Source: Octopus vulgaris (taxonomy: Eukaryota). From it: a stretch of 64,000 bases of DNA. Made by a program: the position numbers and the translations under genes. Positions 29,001 through 42,654 of the stretch are shown piece by piece (position 1 is the stretch's first letter; each line of letters begins with the position of its first letter). Under the pieces are notes generated by a model. The model was not told the DNA's origin, ran no database searches, and saw only the letters and a list, made by a program, of their open reading frames with translations. The stretch covers positions 6,882,001 through 6,946,000 of the forward strand of contig OX597836.1 in assembly GCA_951406725.2 (NCBI GenBank). The letters run 5' to 3'.

Positions 29001-29044
29001 CCACTACAATTGTTTCATGTCTTCTAATGACAATCTTCAGGTGG
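29001..29044 (-). ncRNA. Minimal type-I hammerhead ribozyme
   Basis: CCAC-CUGAAGA-U-UGUC-AUUAGAA-GACA-U-GAAA-C-AAUU-G-UA^GUGG; about 90-nt U-rich tail to (TA)n at about 28910. Confidence 0.8.
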
Positions 29045-29361
29045 ATTTCCGATCTAAAATATCAATATATTAAAATATAAGTTTAAAATAATTTTAAAAT
29101 AATAAAAAAAATATAAATATATAATCTATATATAACCTATATATAATCCATATATAATCAATATATAATCTAAAATAAACCCTATCAACAATTAAATATA
29201 AAACAAAATAAAAATAAACTATATATACACGCATACGCATACACTTATAACTAAGTACATATAACCATATCTAAATACATACACTAACTCACACACCTAC
29301 ATATATATCCCTATACATACACATAAAAACGTCTAGGCAACGATAAATAAATAAAATAGCC

Positions 29362-29401
<40 letters not shown>

Positions 29402-29409
29402 AGATAGAA

Positions 29410-29451
<42 letters not shown>

Positions 29452-29645
29452 GTAGACAGGTAGACAGACTGATAGATAGATTGAGAGATAGAGAGATAAT
29501 GCACATGCATTAATCGTGTGCATCTGTTCCGTTATATACTAATGTACCTACGTCTGTCCGTCAATTTGATATCAATCTAAATATTCATTTATTTATATAT
29601 TTATGAACATTTTTTATTCATTTATTGCTGCGTTTAGCAATCTAA

Positions 29646-29722
<77 letters not shown>

Positions 29723-29758
29723 GTTTGTCATCTTTATTCATCTTTTTATTTAATATTA

Positions 29759-30322
29759 TTGCTGTCGGCCGAGTCTATCGTGAAAGTTGCTCCGCCACCT
29801 CCCCTTATTTGGGAAGGCAAGACAGTATTCATCGTACTGGTGGCCATGGCGAAAGAATGTGTGTGCTGGACCCGAGCGAAAGGATTAGAAACAAACACTT
29901 ACCTCTCTGGCCAATCGTTGATGAACTTTTCCAAGTACCACTTGAAAAGGAAGATGAGAATAGAGAGGCAAGTTTTGTCTCGTGAAAGTTTCAATAAAAG
30001 GTGGGTGAATGTAGCAAAGATGGTTCGTGCGAATAACAAAACCACTTTGTGCAGAATCCTGTAAGTCGATAAAAGAGAGAGAGAGCACTTTGCTCTCATG
30101 TGTTTATTCCCTCCCTGCCTGAGGTTACCGTGGTCTTTTCCGTGGGCTTTTCTTTCCACGAATAAACCTAATCTTTCTTTTTATATTTTTAACATTTTCT
30201 GTGGTACACGATCCCTTTTGATCGGAATTTTATTTTTTCTCCTTTTTTCTATTTTCCAGAAGAAAAGCTCTACATTTTATTTTATCCCCTCTGTGTTCAG
30301 CCCTCTGTGCCTAATAAAGAAA
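29759..30322 (+). mobile_element. L1/Tx1-like LINE 3' end (ORF2 C-terminus plus 3' UTR)
   Basis: LSAESIVKVAPPP..VFIVLVAMAKECVCWTRAKGL..FSKYHLKRKMRIERQVLSRESFNKRWVNVAKM* (W..R and F..RW pattern of L1-clade C-termini); pyrimidine-rich UTR ending AATAAA at 30313. Confidence 0.7.
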
Positions 30323-30422
30323 CTTATCTAACAGTGTTCCAAGCTATTTATCTATTTATCTACTCGTCTATTTAACTGCATATCAGTTCCCGATTTCTTT
30401 TTTGCTTTTTTTTTTTTTTGTA

Positions 30423-30600
30423 TACGAAGGGATTCAGAAAAGTTCGTAGCTTTATGTAAAAAAATATACAGGTGGATCACTCCATTATGGTTTTATTCAA
30501 CATATTCCCCTCTCAGATTCACACACTTATTGCAGCGGCCCTTCAGTTTTTCTAAGCCCTGTAAAAGAACTCGGAAGGTTGGGCCTCCTGCCAGGCCGTT
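30423..30600 (-). mobile_element. Mariner-derived MITE fragment
   Basis: TA + cgaaggg..cagaaaagttc.tagcttt TIR; ttattcaacatattcccctctcag encodes the transposase C-terminus (LRGEYVE*) on minus; same family as 48690 and 49536. Confidence 0.75.
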
Positions 30601-30786
30601 CAACACCAAGAAATTTGCAATACCTCTTTATATAGATATCTGTTTCTCTGCCTATCCGTGTGTCTGTCTATCTGACTGTCTGTTTGCCTATCTACGTACC
30701 TACCTACATATATCACTATCTCACTGCCTATCACTCTATTTGCGTACATAGCTATTTCTCTATGTATCTGTTTATATATATATATT

Positions 30787-30831
<45 letters not shown>

Positions 30832-30936
30832 TTATGTGTGTGGGTGTGCGTGTGTCTATATGTATGTATATATGTATGTGTATGTATATGTATATATGTA
30901 TAAATGAATAGATATGTATTTTTACATATGTGTATG

Positions 30937-30970
<34 letters not shown>

Positions 30971-31038
30971 TTTATTTATCCATCTATCTGTTTGTCTGTT
31001 CATCTATCTGTCTTTCTATCTATCTATCTATCTATCTA

Positions 31039-31090
<52 letters not shown>

Positions 31091-31781
31091 TGTCTATCTG
31101 TCTATCTATTGGTCTCTATGCACCTCTCTATTGCAACCCTCGTCGCTCCCCGCACACAAACTGTTTATGTATTTAGTATAGTTACGTAGTGTAAAGTGTC
31201 ATGAAGGCAATTGTCCCGACGAGGGATTCCAAGGTTCACCACCATCTGTCCCATAAAATTATCACGTGATATCGCCAGCACGCGCCAAAATCTCGTAATG
31301 GAGCTTCGAGATTCAGCCATTATCTAAAAAGTGACAGTTCTTTATAAAACTTGATTTTTATGTCTGCATTTGCGTGAAGGCATAACTTCCCCATTCCCAT
31401 ACCACCACACACATATTTACACACATGTATACACGTACTTGTACTCATATATATATATATACACATACATATACAAACATATATATACATACATATACAT
31501 ACATATATATATATACATATATATACATACTTGCATACGAACGCACGCATGCACTCACACATTTATGTTTATTTATGATATATAATGTGCATGTATATAT
31601 ATGCGTGCCTGTGTGTGTGTGTGTGTATGTGTGTAAGTATGTATATATGTATATATTTATATATACATATATGTATATGTAATTACATATATCTATATAT
31701 ATGTGTGTGCGTGTATATGTATTTACATATTTCTATACATATATACGTATGTATAATGTATATATATATATACGTAATGTA

Positions 31782-31826
<45 letters not shown>

Positions 31827-32923
31827 TTATGTGTACGTGTATGTGTACACAAACACAAAGATATATTTCATACGATATATACCCCACTCAACATACGTAT
31901 GTATGTCTCTGTATGCATACATGCATACATATATATACATACATACATACATACATACATACACACATTCAGACGTACATACATACATACATGCATACAT
32001 GCATACATACATGCATACATACATACATGCATACATGCATACATACATACATACATATACACATACATACATACATACATACATACACACATTCAGACGT
32101 ACATACATACATACATACATACATACATACATACATACATACATACACACACATACATATATACATACATACATACATACACACATTCAGACGTAAATAC
32201 ATACATACATACATACATACATACATACATACATACATACATACATACATACATACATACATGTATTCACATACGTATTCGCCTGCTTCAATTTCTCAAA
32301 TATCTCAAAAGTAGAGAAAAGGCCGGATTCCAACCTGGAAACACGATTATTTCATAGGAATTTAGACATCATGTAATCCTTCATCTATGTATGTTTGGAG
32401 ATATAAGTGAATGGTTGGATGGATGGATGGATGGGTGGACGGATGGACGGATGGAGAGAGGCAGGAACAGACGGGTGGAAGGACGGATGGTGAGTATGAT
32501 AGACGGATGGACGGATTGTTATATCCTTGTGTATATGAATGAGTGTACGAATGAATATGTAGATTGTTGGATTTCTGGCTGCGTGGTAAGTACCTTGCTT
32601 ACCAACCACATGGCCCTGGGTTCAATCTCACTACGTGGCACCTTGGGTATACATAATACATACACACTTGCATGCGTACATATATATACATATATGCATG
32701 CATACATACATACATGCATACATTCATGGATGGATGCATACATACAAAGAAACATACATGCATACATACATACATTCAGGCATACATACATGCATGCATG
32801 CATACATATATACATACATACATACATACATACATACATACATACATACATACATACATACATACATACATACATACATAGATGCATACATACATACATG
32901 CGTATTATATGAATTTAGAATTC

Positions 32924-32977
32924 GACCTCACAACTGGCCTACTGTTTCACTGTGTCATAACAGCCTCGTCAGAGGTC
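32924..32977 (-). ncRNA. Type-I hammerhead motif, probably inactivated (G at position 17)
   Basis: GACCU-CUGACGA-G-GCUGU-UAUGAC-ACAGU-GAAA-CAGUA-GGCC-AGUUG-UG-AGGUC; stems I and II pair. Confidence 0.7.
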
Positions 32978-33354
32978 ACAATGTCGAAATCTCACAGCTT
33001 TCATCTTATTTATACAGGTCGCATCAACAAAAAAAAAAAAATAGACAACAAAACGACCTAACTAGAAAAAACACATACACATTTGAGAAGAAATTGATTT
33101 TTAATCGATAAAGCAACAATAAAGCCAACACAACGCGAACCGTTAGTAAAACCAATATTGCAATTTTAACTTAACATTCGTTTATAATAGGAAGAATTAA
33201 AGTGTGAAAGCTATTGAAAGAGGGCGGCGCAATGTTTGTAAAGATGGTGGAAGGGTTACTAATAATTATAACCAAAATTTCACTTCAAATGGTTTAACGA
33301 TTGAATTTGTATTTAAGAAAACTTAATCTCCCGTTTGACCTTTTTTAAAGTTTT

Positions 33355-33555
33355 TGTCTCTTTTACAAGTTTTAGCTGTTAGGATTCGGCCATGCTGGAG
33401 CATCACCTTGAAGGGTTTTAGCCGAACAAATCGACCCCGGTGGTTATTAATTTTTATGTCAGATGTTTATTCGATCCGTCTCGTTTGCCGAACCGCTGTG
33501 TTGCGGGGTCGTGAATAAACCAACAGCCACCAAGCGGTGGGAAGACGAACACAGA
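33355..33555 (-). mobile_element. SINE family A, 3' half
   Basis: cggccatgctggagcatcacc..gaacaaatcgacccc..tttgccgaaccgct. Confidence 0.8.
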
Positions 33556-33707
33556 GGTACACACGCATGCAGACACACATACACACATACAAATACATAC
33601 ATACACACACGCATACATACATACATACATTCATACATACATACATACATACATACATACATACATACATACATACATACATGCATATATATGTATGTGT
33701 GTGTATA

Positions 33708-33738
<31 letters not shown>

Positions 33739-34156
33739 AATTAAATAAAAGTAAAATAAAACACGCAAAAAATTAAAACAGAAATCTATAGCACGTTCAG
33801 ACTTGATATTATATGATCGACGCTTGGAGAAATAAAATTTATATTGTGAAACTATAACGTTTCGGATATAATTCTTTTGTCGGATACAAGAGGAAGGTCT
33901 AGGGAAAGACAAAGAGGGAGGAAATGGGGAAAGGAGGTAAGGATGGAGAGGGGGGATAGGAAAGAATATACGTCGATTACTCCTAATATTCAACTTCTAA
34001 CTAATCGGAAGTGTGAGATGCAATTATCATTTTTAATGACAAGAGAATGTCTGATGGTTTGTGAGTGTATGTTTGAGTGCACTCTTATGCTTGAGAGTAC
34101 GTGTATATGTAATGTGTACGTGTATATATATATATATATATATATAAAGAGAGAGA

Positions 34157-34317
34157 GGTGCAGGAATGGTTGTGTGGTAAGAAGTTTGCTTCCCAACCAA
34201 TTGGTTCTGGGTTCAGTCGCAGAGTGTGGCACTTGGGCAAGTGTCTTCTACTATAGCCTCGGGCCGACCAAAGCCTTGTGAATGGGTTTGGTAAACGGAA
34301 ACTGGAAAAAGCCCGTC

Positions 34318-34376
<59 letters not shown>

Positions 34377-34520
34377 TGTATGTCTGTGTTTGTTGCCCCG
34401 TAACATTAGCGGTTCGGCAAAAAGACCGATAGAATAAGTACTAGGCTTACAATGGGTGGTGCTCCTGCGTGGCCGTAGTCAAATGACTGAACCAAGTAGA
34501 AGAGTAAAAGAATAAAAGGA
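34157..34520 (+). mobile_element. SINE family A, near full length, internal (GT)n
   Basis: Head, (GT)n and 3' half colinear with 37034-37448. Confidence 0.9.
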
Positions 34521-34533
34521 CATATATATATAT

Positions 34534-34578
<45 letters not shown>

Positions 34579-35482
34579 CATGTGTATGCGTGTGTGTGTG
34601 TGTGTGTGTCTGTCTGTTTGCCTGTCTGTATGTGCCTGTCTGTCTGTGTAGTTGTGTGTATTTAGTGTAATATCGTACGAATGAATAGGTGAGGCTGACG
34701 CTCAGTTTGAAAATATAGATTCGAAAAACTCACCGTTAGTTTTGAAGAATATTTAGATTGGGTGGCGTCGGTGAAAAGCGTGAAAACATAATTCCGTCTG
34801 GCAAATTAAAATTTAAATTTATGAATTTAATAACAGTGAAATGTTTTAGCCTTCTTTCACTATCAAACACTCTAATGAATATAGAAGTAACTCCATGAAT
34901 ATTTAAATTTAATATCTTACGTAAGATAGAAGTTAACGTACTGCTTTTCTAATAATTTATTTCGACTGGCTTTTTACAAGAAAAACTTATACTATATTCT
35001 CTTGTAAATTTTAGTTTTGTCTCTTTAATTAGAGAATGATTTTATATATTCTTTATTTTTTTTTGCTGAAAAATATGTTTTTCAATATATTTTGCCTAAT
35101 GGTAACTAAATTTAAAACATCAGGCTTTTTTTTTTTTTAAATAACAAATTTAACCGTCAGATCATTTAAATGAGTTATTGATTTGAATTATTAATAATAA
35201 TAACTCTACCCTCTTATAAATATAACACAATCCTATCACATCATTTCATATTCTTTTCCTTCATATTAATAATCGATACAAAATATTATTTCAAGCACGT
35301 TATTTCGTTCCGTTAATGTTCTTCATTCTATGTCTACGCCATATTTGTATGTTAGTCGAATGCAAGCTTAACTAATACAGCTTGAATAACATAGATTAAA
35401 TTTGATTACTCCATTCCCCCATTTTTTTCTCTCTTTTTACAGCTAGGCTAAATGCCGAAATGAAACAAATTTGCATATATAT

Positions 35483-35569
<87 letters not shown>

Positions 35570-35690
35570 CATACATATATGTGTGTGTATGTGTGTGTAT
35601 GAATGTATTATAAATATATGTATGTCTATATACATACATTAATACATATATATATAATATATATGTATATATATGTACTTATATATATGT

Positions 35691-35846
35691 AGGCGTGGCT
35701 GTGTGATAAGAAGCTTCCTTTCCAACCACATAGTTCGGGGTTCAGTCCACTGCGTGGTACCTTAAGCAAGTTACTTCAACTCTAACCTGAGGCTGCCAAG
35801 CAATTGTGAGGAAATACACACATATGTACATCATACACACACATAC

Positions 35847-35922
<76 letters not shown>

Positions 35923-36045
35923 TATACGACAGACTCCTTGCAGCTTCCGTCTGCCAAATCCACTCACAAAGCATTGGTCAGCCTGAGGTTAGAGTTGAAG
36001 AAACTTGTCCAAGGTGCCACGCAGTGGGACTGAACCTGGAACCAT
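35691..36045. mobile_element. Two SINE A heads in inverted orientation (35691-35800 +, 35925-36045 -) around a CA/TA tract
   Basis: aggcgtggctgtgtgataagaagc..gttcagtccactgcgtgg versus ccacgcagtgggactgaacc. Confidence 0.75.
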
Positions 36046-36197
36046 GTCGTTGTTAAGGTGGTATAGCACAGTACAGAGCTCGTTCTCCCTTCAGGATTAC
36101 CCAGTAGTATCCGTAGTATTATTGTATACTTCCAAGTTTGGGCGTTCGTCGTGTGTAAATGTAAAATCGAAGTACGGTTGGGCATTCATTTATTACG

Positions 36198-36299
36198 CGC
36201 TACAGCTGTTTCGATGCCACGTAAGTTTCTGAGAATACAGATATTTGATTATGCAACTGTTTGTTTGCATAATGTGATCTAGTTGTGTTTCTTCAGGCG
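36198..36299 (-). ncRNA. Degenerate hammerhead-like motif with a long domain II
   Basis: CGC-CUGAAGA-(about 75 nt including the hairpin AUUAUGCAA/UUGCAUAAU)-GAAA-C-AGCU-G-UA^GCG; the base of stem II pairs poorly. Confidence 0.5.
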
Positions 36300-36373
36300 A
36301 TATACGAGTGTTAGTTTCCGTTAGTTTAAAATCGTCGACTTCAAGGTAATCTCTGTTCGCCTTGGAGTCGATG

Positions 36374-37705
36374 ATTGAATTATCTCATAAATAATGCGGT
36401 TTTTTAATACTTCTTTTATTTTTCAAAATTAACATAAACAAAGTTCTTTTTTAATCTAAAATATAATCTCCTTCATTTTCTACAATGCGCTTTCATCAAT
36501 CTGGTAGACTTGCAAAGCTCCTCTTCCGAAATTCACTTGTCCATGGCGAAAAATACTCCTCCAGTGCTGTTCTGAGCTTGTCTAGAGAATTCATATTTTT
36601 TCCGTCCAAATGATTTTGAAGACAGCGAAATGAATGATATCAGGTGAGGCAATGTCCGGCGAATATGATAGGTGGGGTTTCGTTTCCCATTCAAACTGCT
36701 CCAGCATTTGGAATGTCATCCTTGCTGCATGTGGCCGAGCATTATCCTGATGGAAGAACAAGTTCCGTCTTGAAACCAAAGATGGTCGTTTTTCTTTTAG
36801 CGCTGACTTGAATGACCAAATCCAAGTTTCTCTGCTAGTTCCTCGCTCTTTACGATGGGATTTTGTTCCACCAGAGTTTGCAGGATGTCCTCGTCGAGCT
36901 CTACAGATCTACCAGGATGAGGCTCCTCTCATAGACTGTAGTTTCCGGCTCGGAATTCTGGATTATCGTTAACACTGGTTTGCGTTTATTGTCCGATCCC
37001 CATATATTGTATTAATATTCCTCGCACTTACCAGGCGCAGGAGTGGCTGTGTTGTAACTAGCTTGCTTACCAACCACATGGTTCTGGGTTCAGTCCCACT
37101 GCGTGGTATCTTGGGCGAGTGTCTTCTACTATAGCCTCGGGCCGACCAATGCCTTGTGAGTGGATTTGGTAGACGGAAACTGAAAGAAGCCTGTCGTATA
37201 TGTGTATGTATATATCTATGTGTGTGCGTATATGTTTGTGTGTCTGTGTTTGTCCCCCCACCATCGCTTGACAACCAATGCTGGTGTGTTTACGTCCCCG
37301 TCACTTAGCGGTTCGGCAAAAAGAGACCGATAGAATAAGTACTGGGCTTACAAAGAATAAGTCCCGGTGTCGATTTGCTCGACTAAAGGTGGTGCTCCAG
37401 CATGGCCGCAGTCAAATGACTGAAACAAGTAAAAGAGAGTAAAGAGAGTTACCATTGCGTTGTTGCCTTTATTGAACTCATAAAACAAAATATGCCGAAT
37501 ATGCTCCTTTGTCACTTCTATTATGGCTTTGAAAAAATGACTGTTAAAATCGAACTGCACTCTTCAAAACTTACACTAAGAATAAGTGCAAGGTAAAATT
37601 ACTACCTACTTTTATAGCAAGTTGATGCAGGTAATTTATCCCGTTCCCCCTCCGACATTTAGTTCATGCTATTGAAAAAACTGCTTTATTTATGAGATGG
37701 CCAAA
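36374..37705 (-). mobile_element. Mariner (D34D) DNA transposon, internally deleted and pseudogenised
   Basis: TIR-like ends atctcataaataa.gc.gttttt; N-terminus EVTKEHIRHILFYEFNKGNNA..SARNINTIYG; C-terminus FHQDNARPH..YSPDIASPD (34 residues between the Ds)..IVENEGDYILD* (stop 36451-36453); deletion junction at about 36810. Confidence 0.92.
37034..37448 (+). mobile_element. SINE family A, complete, with TTACCA target-site duplication
   Basis: ttacca at 37028-37033 and 37449-37454; tRNA-like head, CORE-like cttggg(c/g)a.gtgtcttc segment, internal TA/TG run, gtaaaagag tail. Confidence 0.95.
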
Positions 37706-37710
37706 CACAC

Positions 37711-37764
<54 letters not shown>

Positions 37765-37777
37765 TATAGATATATGT

Positions 37778-38070
37778 GGAGGTACATGGCCTAGTGGTTA
37801 GAGCAGCGGACTCGCGGTCGCGGGGTCGCTGGTTCGAATCTAACTGGGCGATGTGTGTGTTTATGAGAGCGAAACACTTAAGCTCCACACGGCTCCGGAA
37901 GAAAGTAATGGCGAACTTCGGCTGACACTTTCGCCACAACTTTCTCTCACTTTTTCCTCCTGCATCTAGCAGCTCACCTGCGACGGACCAGCGTCCCGTC
38001 CCGGTGGAGAACCTATAGGAAACTGGGGAACCGGCCCTTATGAGCCAGGCGTGGCTAGAGAAGGAGCAAA
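37778..38070 (+). mobile_element. tRNA-derived SINE (B-type head, alternative tail)
   Basis: ggtacatggcctagtggttagagcagcggactcgcggtcg..ggttcgaatc; tail ggaaccggcccttatgagccaggcgtggct. Confidence 0.85.
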
Positions 38071-38158
38071 CAACATATAGATAGACAGACAGATAGACAA
38101 ACAAACAGACAGATAGACAAACAAACAGACAGACGGACAGTCGGACGGACGGACAGAC

Positions 38159-38249
<91 letters not shown>

Positions 38250-39215
38250 GATAGAAAGGTTTTGGTGAGTACATGTATATTTTTATTAATCTATAGCTGC
38301 AGCAAAATAGTGACTCAAGGGCCGAGAGTTTCGTGTGTTGGTATTTATCAAAATTACATGAACAGCTGTGAATGTGTATGTGTATGTGTGTGTCTGTATA
38401 TGTATGTATATATATATATATATATATATAAACACACACACACACACACACAGACATAGACACACACACACACACACATACGCATATACGTGTTTCTCTA
38501 GATACGCAGCTGCTTCGGTATACGTATAAGCACATATAATCTTATAAGCAGATATGTAAACACAATTTTCCTATCAATTGATATACCTGGGTATACCTGT
38601 TTAAGTGTATCTATTTATCTACCAACCCATCTACCCAGACACGTATACTCACACACACACACGCACGCACACACACACGCACACACACACACACAGAGAT
38701 GCACACACACACACACACATTCACACATACTTATATCTATATATACATATACATACATGCATAAATGCTCCCATTCATACATACATACATGCGTACATAC
38801 ATATATCCATACATACAAAAGCATGCATTTACACTGATAGCATACACACATATATACACACAAACATACACACGTTCATACATACTTATATATACATCCA
38901 TACATACGTACAAACACACATAAAGGCATACATACATACATACATACATATATATACATACATTACATACACACACATACAGACATACATACATACATAC
39001 ATACATACATACATACATACATACATGCATTCATACATACAAGCATATGCATACATGCATAAAGGCATACATACAGACATATATACATATATACACACAT
39101 GCATATATATATATACACACACAGACACATACATACAGACATACATACACACACACACACACACACTATCGTAAACACATGTATTCTGAATGTTTATGTA
39201 AGAAAGAAGGAAGGC

Positions 39216-39271
<56 letters not shown>

Positions 39272-39317
39272 AGGAAAGAAAGAAAGAAAGAAGGATGGAA
39301 AGAAAGAAGGAAGGAAA

Positions 39318-39391
<74 letters not shown>

Positions 39392-39807
39392 AAGAAAGGA
39401 AGATAAAAAGGGTGGAGAGAGAGAGTGGAGAAGTGACTTTTGTTTTATTATTATTGGCGAGAGATTAAATAAAGTCTATTGGTGAACAAACTTCTGTTTC
39501 TGGGTGGGGGGAAAGGGGTGGCGGGTGGCGGCGAATGAAATTACTTTATCGATTAGTCAGTCCTGAAAGTTCATTTTTCCCCAACATTGAATGCTATTAA
39601 GTTGTATAAACAGTGTGGGATAACATGGAATTAAGAGTGTGTGGTGTCGATTCACCTGTGTGAGAGGAATTGCGTGAGAGGAATTATGGGTAGACACGAT
39701 AATGGCGTTAGGCGCTTTCATAGATAATACCACGTTCAACACACACACACACTGACACACACACACACACTGACACACACACACACACTGACACACACAC
39801 ACACACT

Positions 39808-39848
<41 letters not shown>

Positions 39849-40195
39849 ATACACGCACACACACGCGCGTACATACACACACACACACACATGTACACAC
39901 TTACACACACACACACACATAAGCTCACCTCACGCAAATAACTACACAAAGACCCGAATGCACATATATACACGCATATAGAAACAGACACACACAAACA
40001 CACTGACACACACACTCACACACTCACACACTCACTCACACACACACACACACACAGGCTCACTTCACGCAAATAACTACACAAAGAATCGAATGCATAC
40101 ACATACACACGCACACACACGCGGGGGCTGTTTATACATTATTGTTGTTGTTGTTGTTATCGTCATCGTCGTCGTCGTCGTCGTTGTTGTTGTTA

Positions 40196-40570
40196 TTAAG
40201 GTAATAAGCTGGCAGAATCGATAGCAAGCTGGGCGAAATGCTTAGCTGCATTCCGTCCATCCTTAGTTTTTGAGTTCAAATTCTGCCGAGGGCAACTTTG
40301 CCTTTTAACCTTTCGGGGTCGATAAAATAAATACAAGTTGAACAAGGAATCGATGTAACCGACATATCCCCTACTCTGAAATTGCTGGCCTTGTGCTAAA
40401 ATTGGAAAGCTTTATTGTTGTTGTTGTTGTTGTTGTTATTATTGTTATTAAAGTCGGCGAGCTGGCAGAATCGCTAGCACGCCGGCAAAATGCTCACAGG
40501 CATTCGTCTGTCGCTATGTTCTGAGTTCAAATTCCGCCGGGGTCGACTTTGTTTTTAATCCTTTCGGATT
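40196..40570 (+). mobile_element. Two tandem SINE family C copies (40196-40410, 40450-40570)
   Basis: agctggcagaatcg.tagca.gc.gg.. twice; gagttcaaatt..gccg.gg..actttg..ttt.a.cctttcgg. Confidence 0.85.
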
Positions 40571-40676
40571 GTGTATGTATATATGTGCGTTTGTTGTAAT
40601 ATGTATGTGTACACCGAAAACATTCAAACAATTCATGGAAGGATAACTCAGTAAATTTCAATAGTGTATCATGTAT

Positions 40677-40970
40677 GTTAAGTTGAGTTAATTTTTTGGC
40701 TCAAAAACCAAAAAGCAAGGCCATGTAGGGTTATAGTTATGTACAGGGTGGTGTTCTTGCAAAGAGTTCAGGCCATTTGTGGTCAAGGGAGACTTTGAAC
40801 CGAGCCGTCGTCGGCATCTTCACTATCTCGTCCGGCAGCTTATTCCACGGATCCGCAACCCGGGCGGAGAAAGCCCCTCTCCTTCGATTGAGATGAAATC
40901 GTCGCAGATAGAGCTTTTCGGAGTGACCCCGCAGCCGACGCTCTGGAGCAGGAGTGAAGAACAGCTGTGC
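40677..40970 (-). mobile_element. CR1-type LINE 3' end
   Basis: Open frame 40970-40737: LFFTPAPERRLRGHSEKLYLRRFHLNRRRGAFSARVADPWNKLPDEIVKMPTTARFKVSLDHKW..* (RGH..KL / F..RV...WN.LP / FK..LD signature); short UTR ending in taac repeats. Confidence 0.88.
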
Positions 40971-41139
40971 ATGTGCGTGTGTATGAGCGTGTAAGTGGTC
41001 TCACGTGGCCAAGAGTTGTTTTGACTTTTATTCTTAGCAATGGCGGCGCACACCAGCGACCTCTGGCACTTTAGCGACAACAACACTTGTTGCCTTTCGG
41101 TCGTAAATTGCGAATAGCCACCATAATGATTTCTATACA

Positions 41140-41345
41140 CAGTAATCCCTCGCCATATCGCGGTTCACCTATCCCGCACTCAGTGCATCGCGGATTTTTC
41201 TGGCTAATATATGTAAATTCATATCGCGGACTCCTCAGTATATCGCGGGTTTCTGCGGCCGATAGGTATTTATATTTCTTTAGATTCTAATTATTTCTGT
41301 GGGAGGTACTGGAACGTAACAGTCGCGATAGTCGAGGGATTACTG
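41140..41345. mobile_element. pogo/Tigger-like MITE
   Basis: TIRs cagtaatccctcg..atcgcg / cgcgatagtcgagggattactg followed by TA; internal atcgcgg subrepeats. Confidence 0.85.
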
Positions 41346-41387
41346 TATGCACACACATATGCATGTGTGTGTGTGTGTGTGTTAATG

Positions 41388-41600
41388 TGTCTGTGTTTGT
41401 CCCCCCCCCCAACTTCGCTTCACAACCGATGGTGTGTTTACGTCCCTGAAACTTATCAGTTCGGCAAAAGAAACCGATAGAATAATTACCAGGCTTACAA
41501 AGAATAAGTCCTGGGGTCGATTTGCTCGACTAATGGCGGCGCTCCAGCATGGCCGCAGTCAAATGACTGAAACAAGTAAAAGAGTAAAAGAGTAAAGAGT
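41388..41600 (+). mobile_element. SINE family A, 3' half
   Basis: Near-consensus 3' half with (gtaaaaga)n tail. Confidence 0.9.
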
Positions 41601-41625
41601 AGAGTATATATTTTATATTTATTTA

Positions 41626-41729
<104 letters not shown>

Positions 41730-42317
41730 TTTCAGATATGTACAGAACAAATAGTATAAAACAGGCTATCAATATTTTTGCCTCTACAATACTTGGAAAT
41801 CGATTTTCAATATGGCTGACGAAAGAAATCGTGTATTTCAAGGAGAGCAAAATAGATATAGAATCTCTTAAATATTCATTTGAATGAGAAGGGACATTCA
41901 CAACATTAGTCGCACGAATAACAACAACAACAGCAAGAACAACAACTGCAGCAGCAATAATGATAATGATAATATAAAGCGACAAACTCACAACTAAGAA
42001 CAACAAATATATTAACGAGTGAAATGAAAAGATAATATATAGGAATACATACATACATACATACATACAGATATAAGGACATATATATATGTATGTATGT
42101 ATATATATTTGTATATATGTTTATATATATATTTGTCTGTGCGTGTATGTTTGTATACATATGTATATATTTATATATATATATATATAAATATATGTAT
42201 ATATGTATATATAAATGTGTATATATATATATATATTTATATATATAAATTATATAAATGTATATATGCATATATATATATAAATTATATAAATGTATAT
42301 ACATATATATATTAACT

Positions 42318-42363
<46 letters not shown>

Positions 42364-42371
42364 TATATCAA

Positions 42372-42414
<43 letters not shown>

Positions 42415-42591
42415 ATACACACATGAGAAGTATAGCACGAATATGTAAGGCGTCCGCTTTAAGACGCTTGCGTGTTTGGACATGACATTTCGGAGTTTAG
42501 AATGCCGAGAAAGTGAACATCATTTAGAATAACGATAATAGCAAGAACAATAACGAAGTAACAACAACAGCAACAACGAAAACAAGGCCTA

Positions 42592-42593
<2 letters not shown>

Positions 42594-42654
<61 letters not shown>

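Noticed and set aside
31212-31258. CCGACGA-GGGAU...GUCCC stem
   Set aside because: Followed by AUAAAA rather than GAAA, with no stem I or III.
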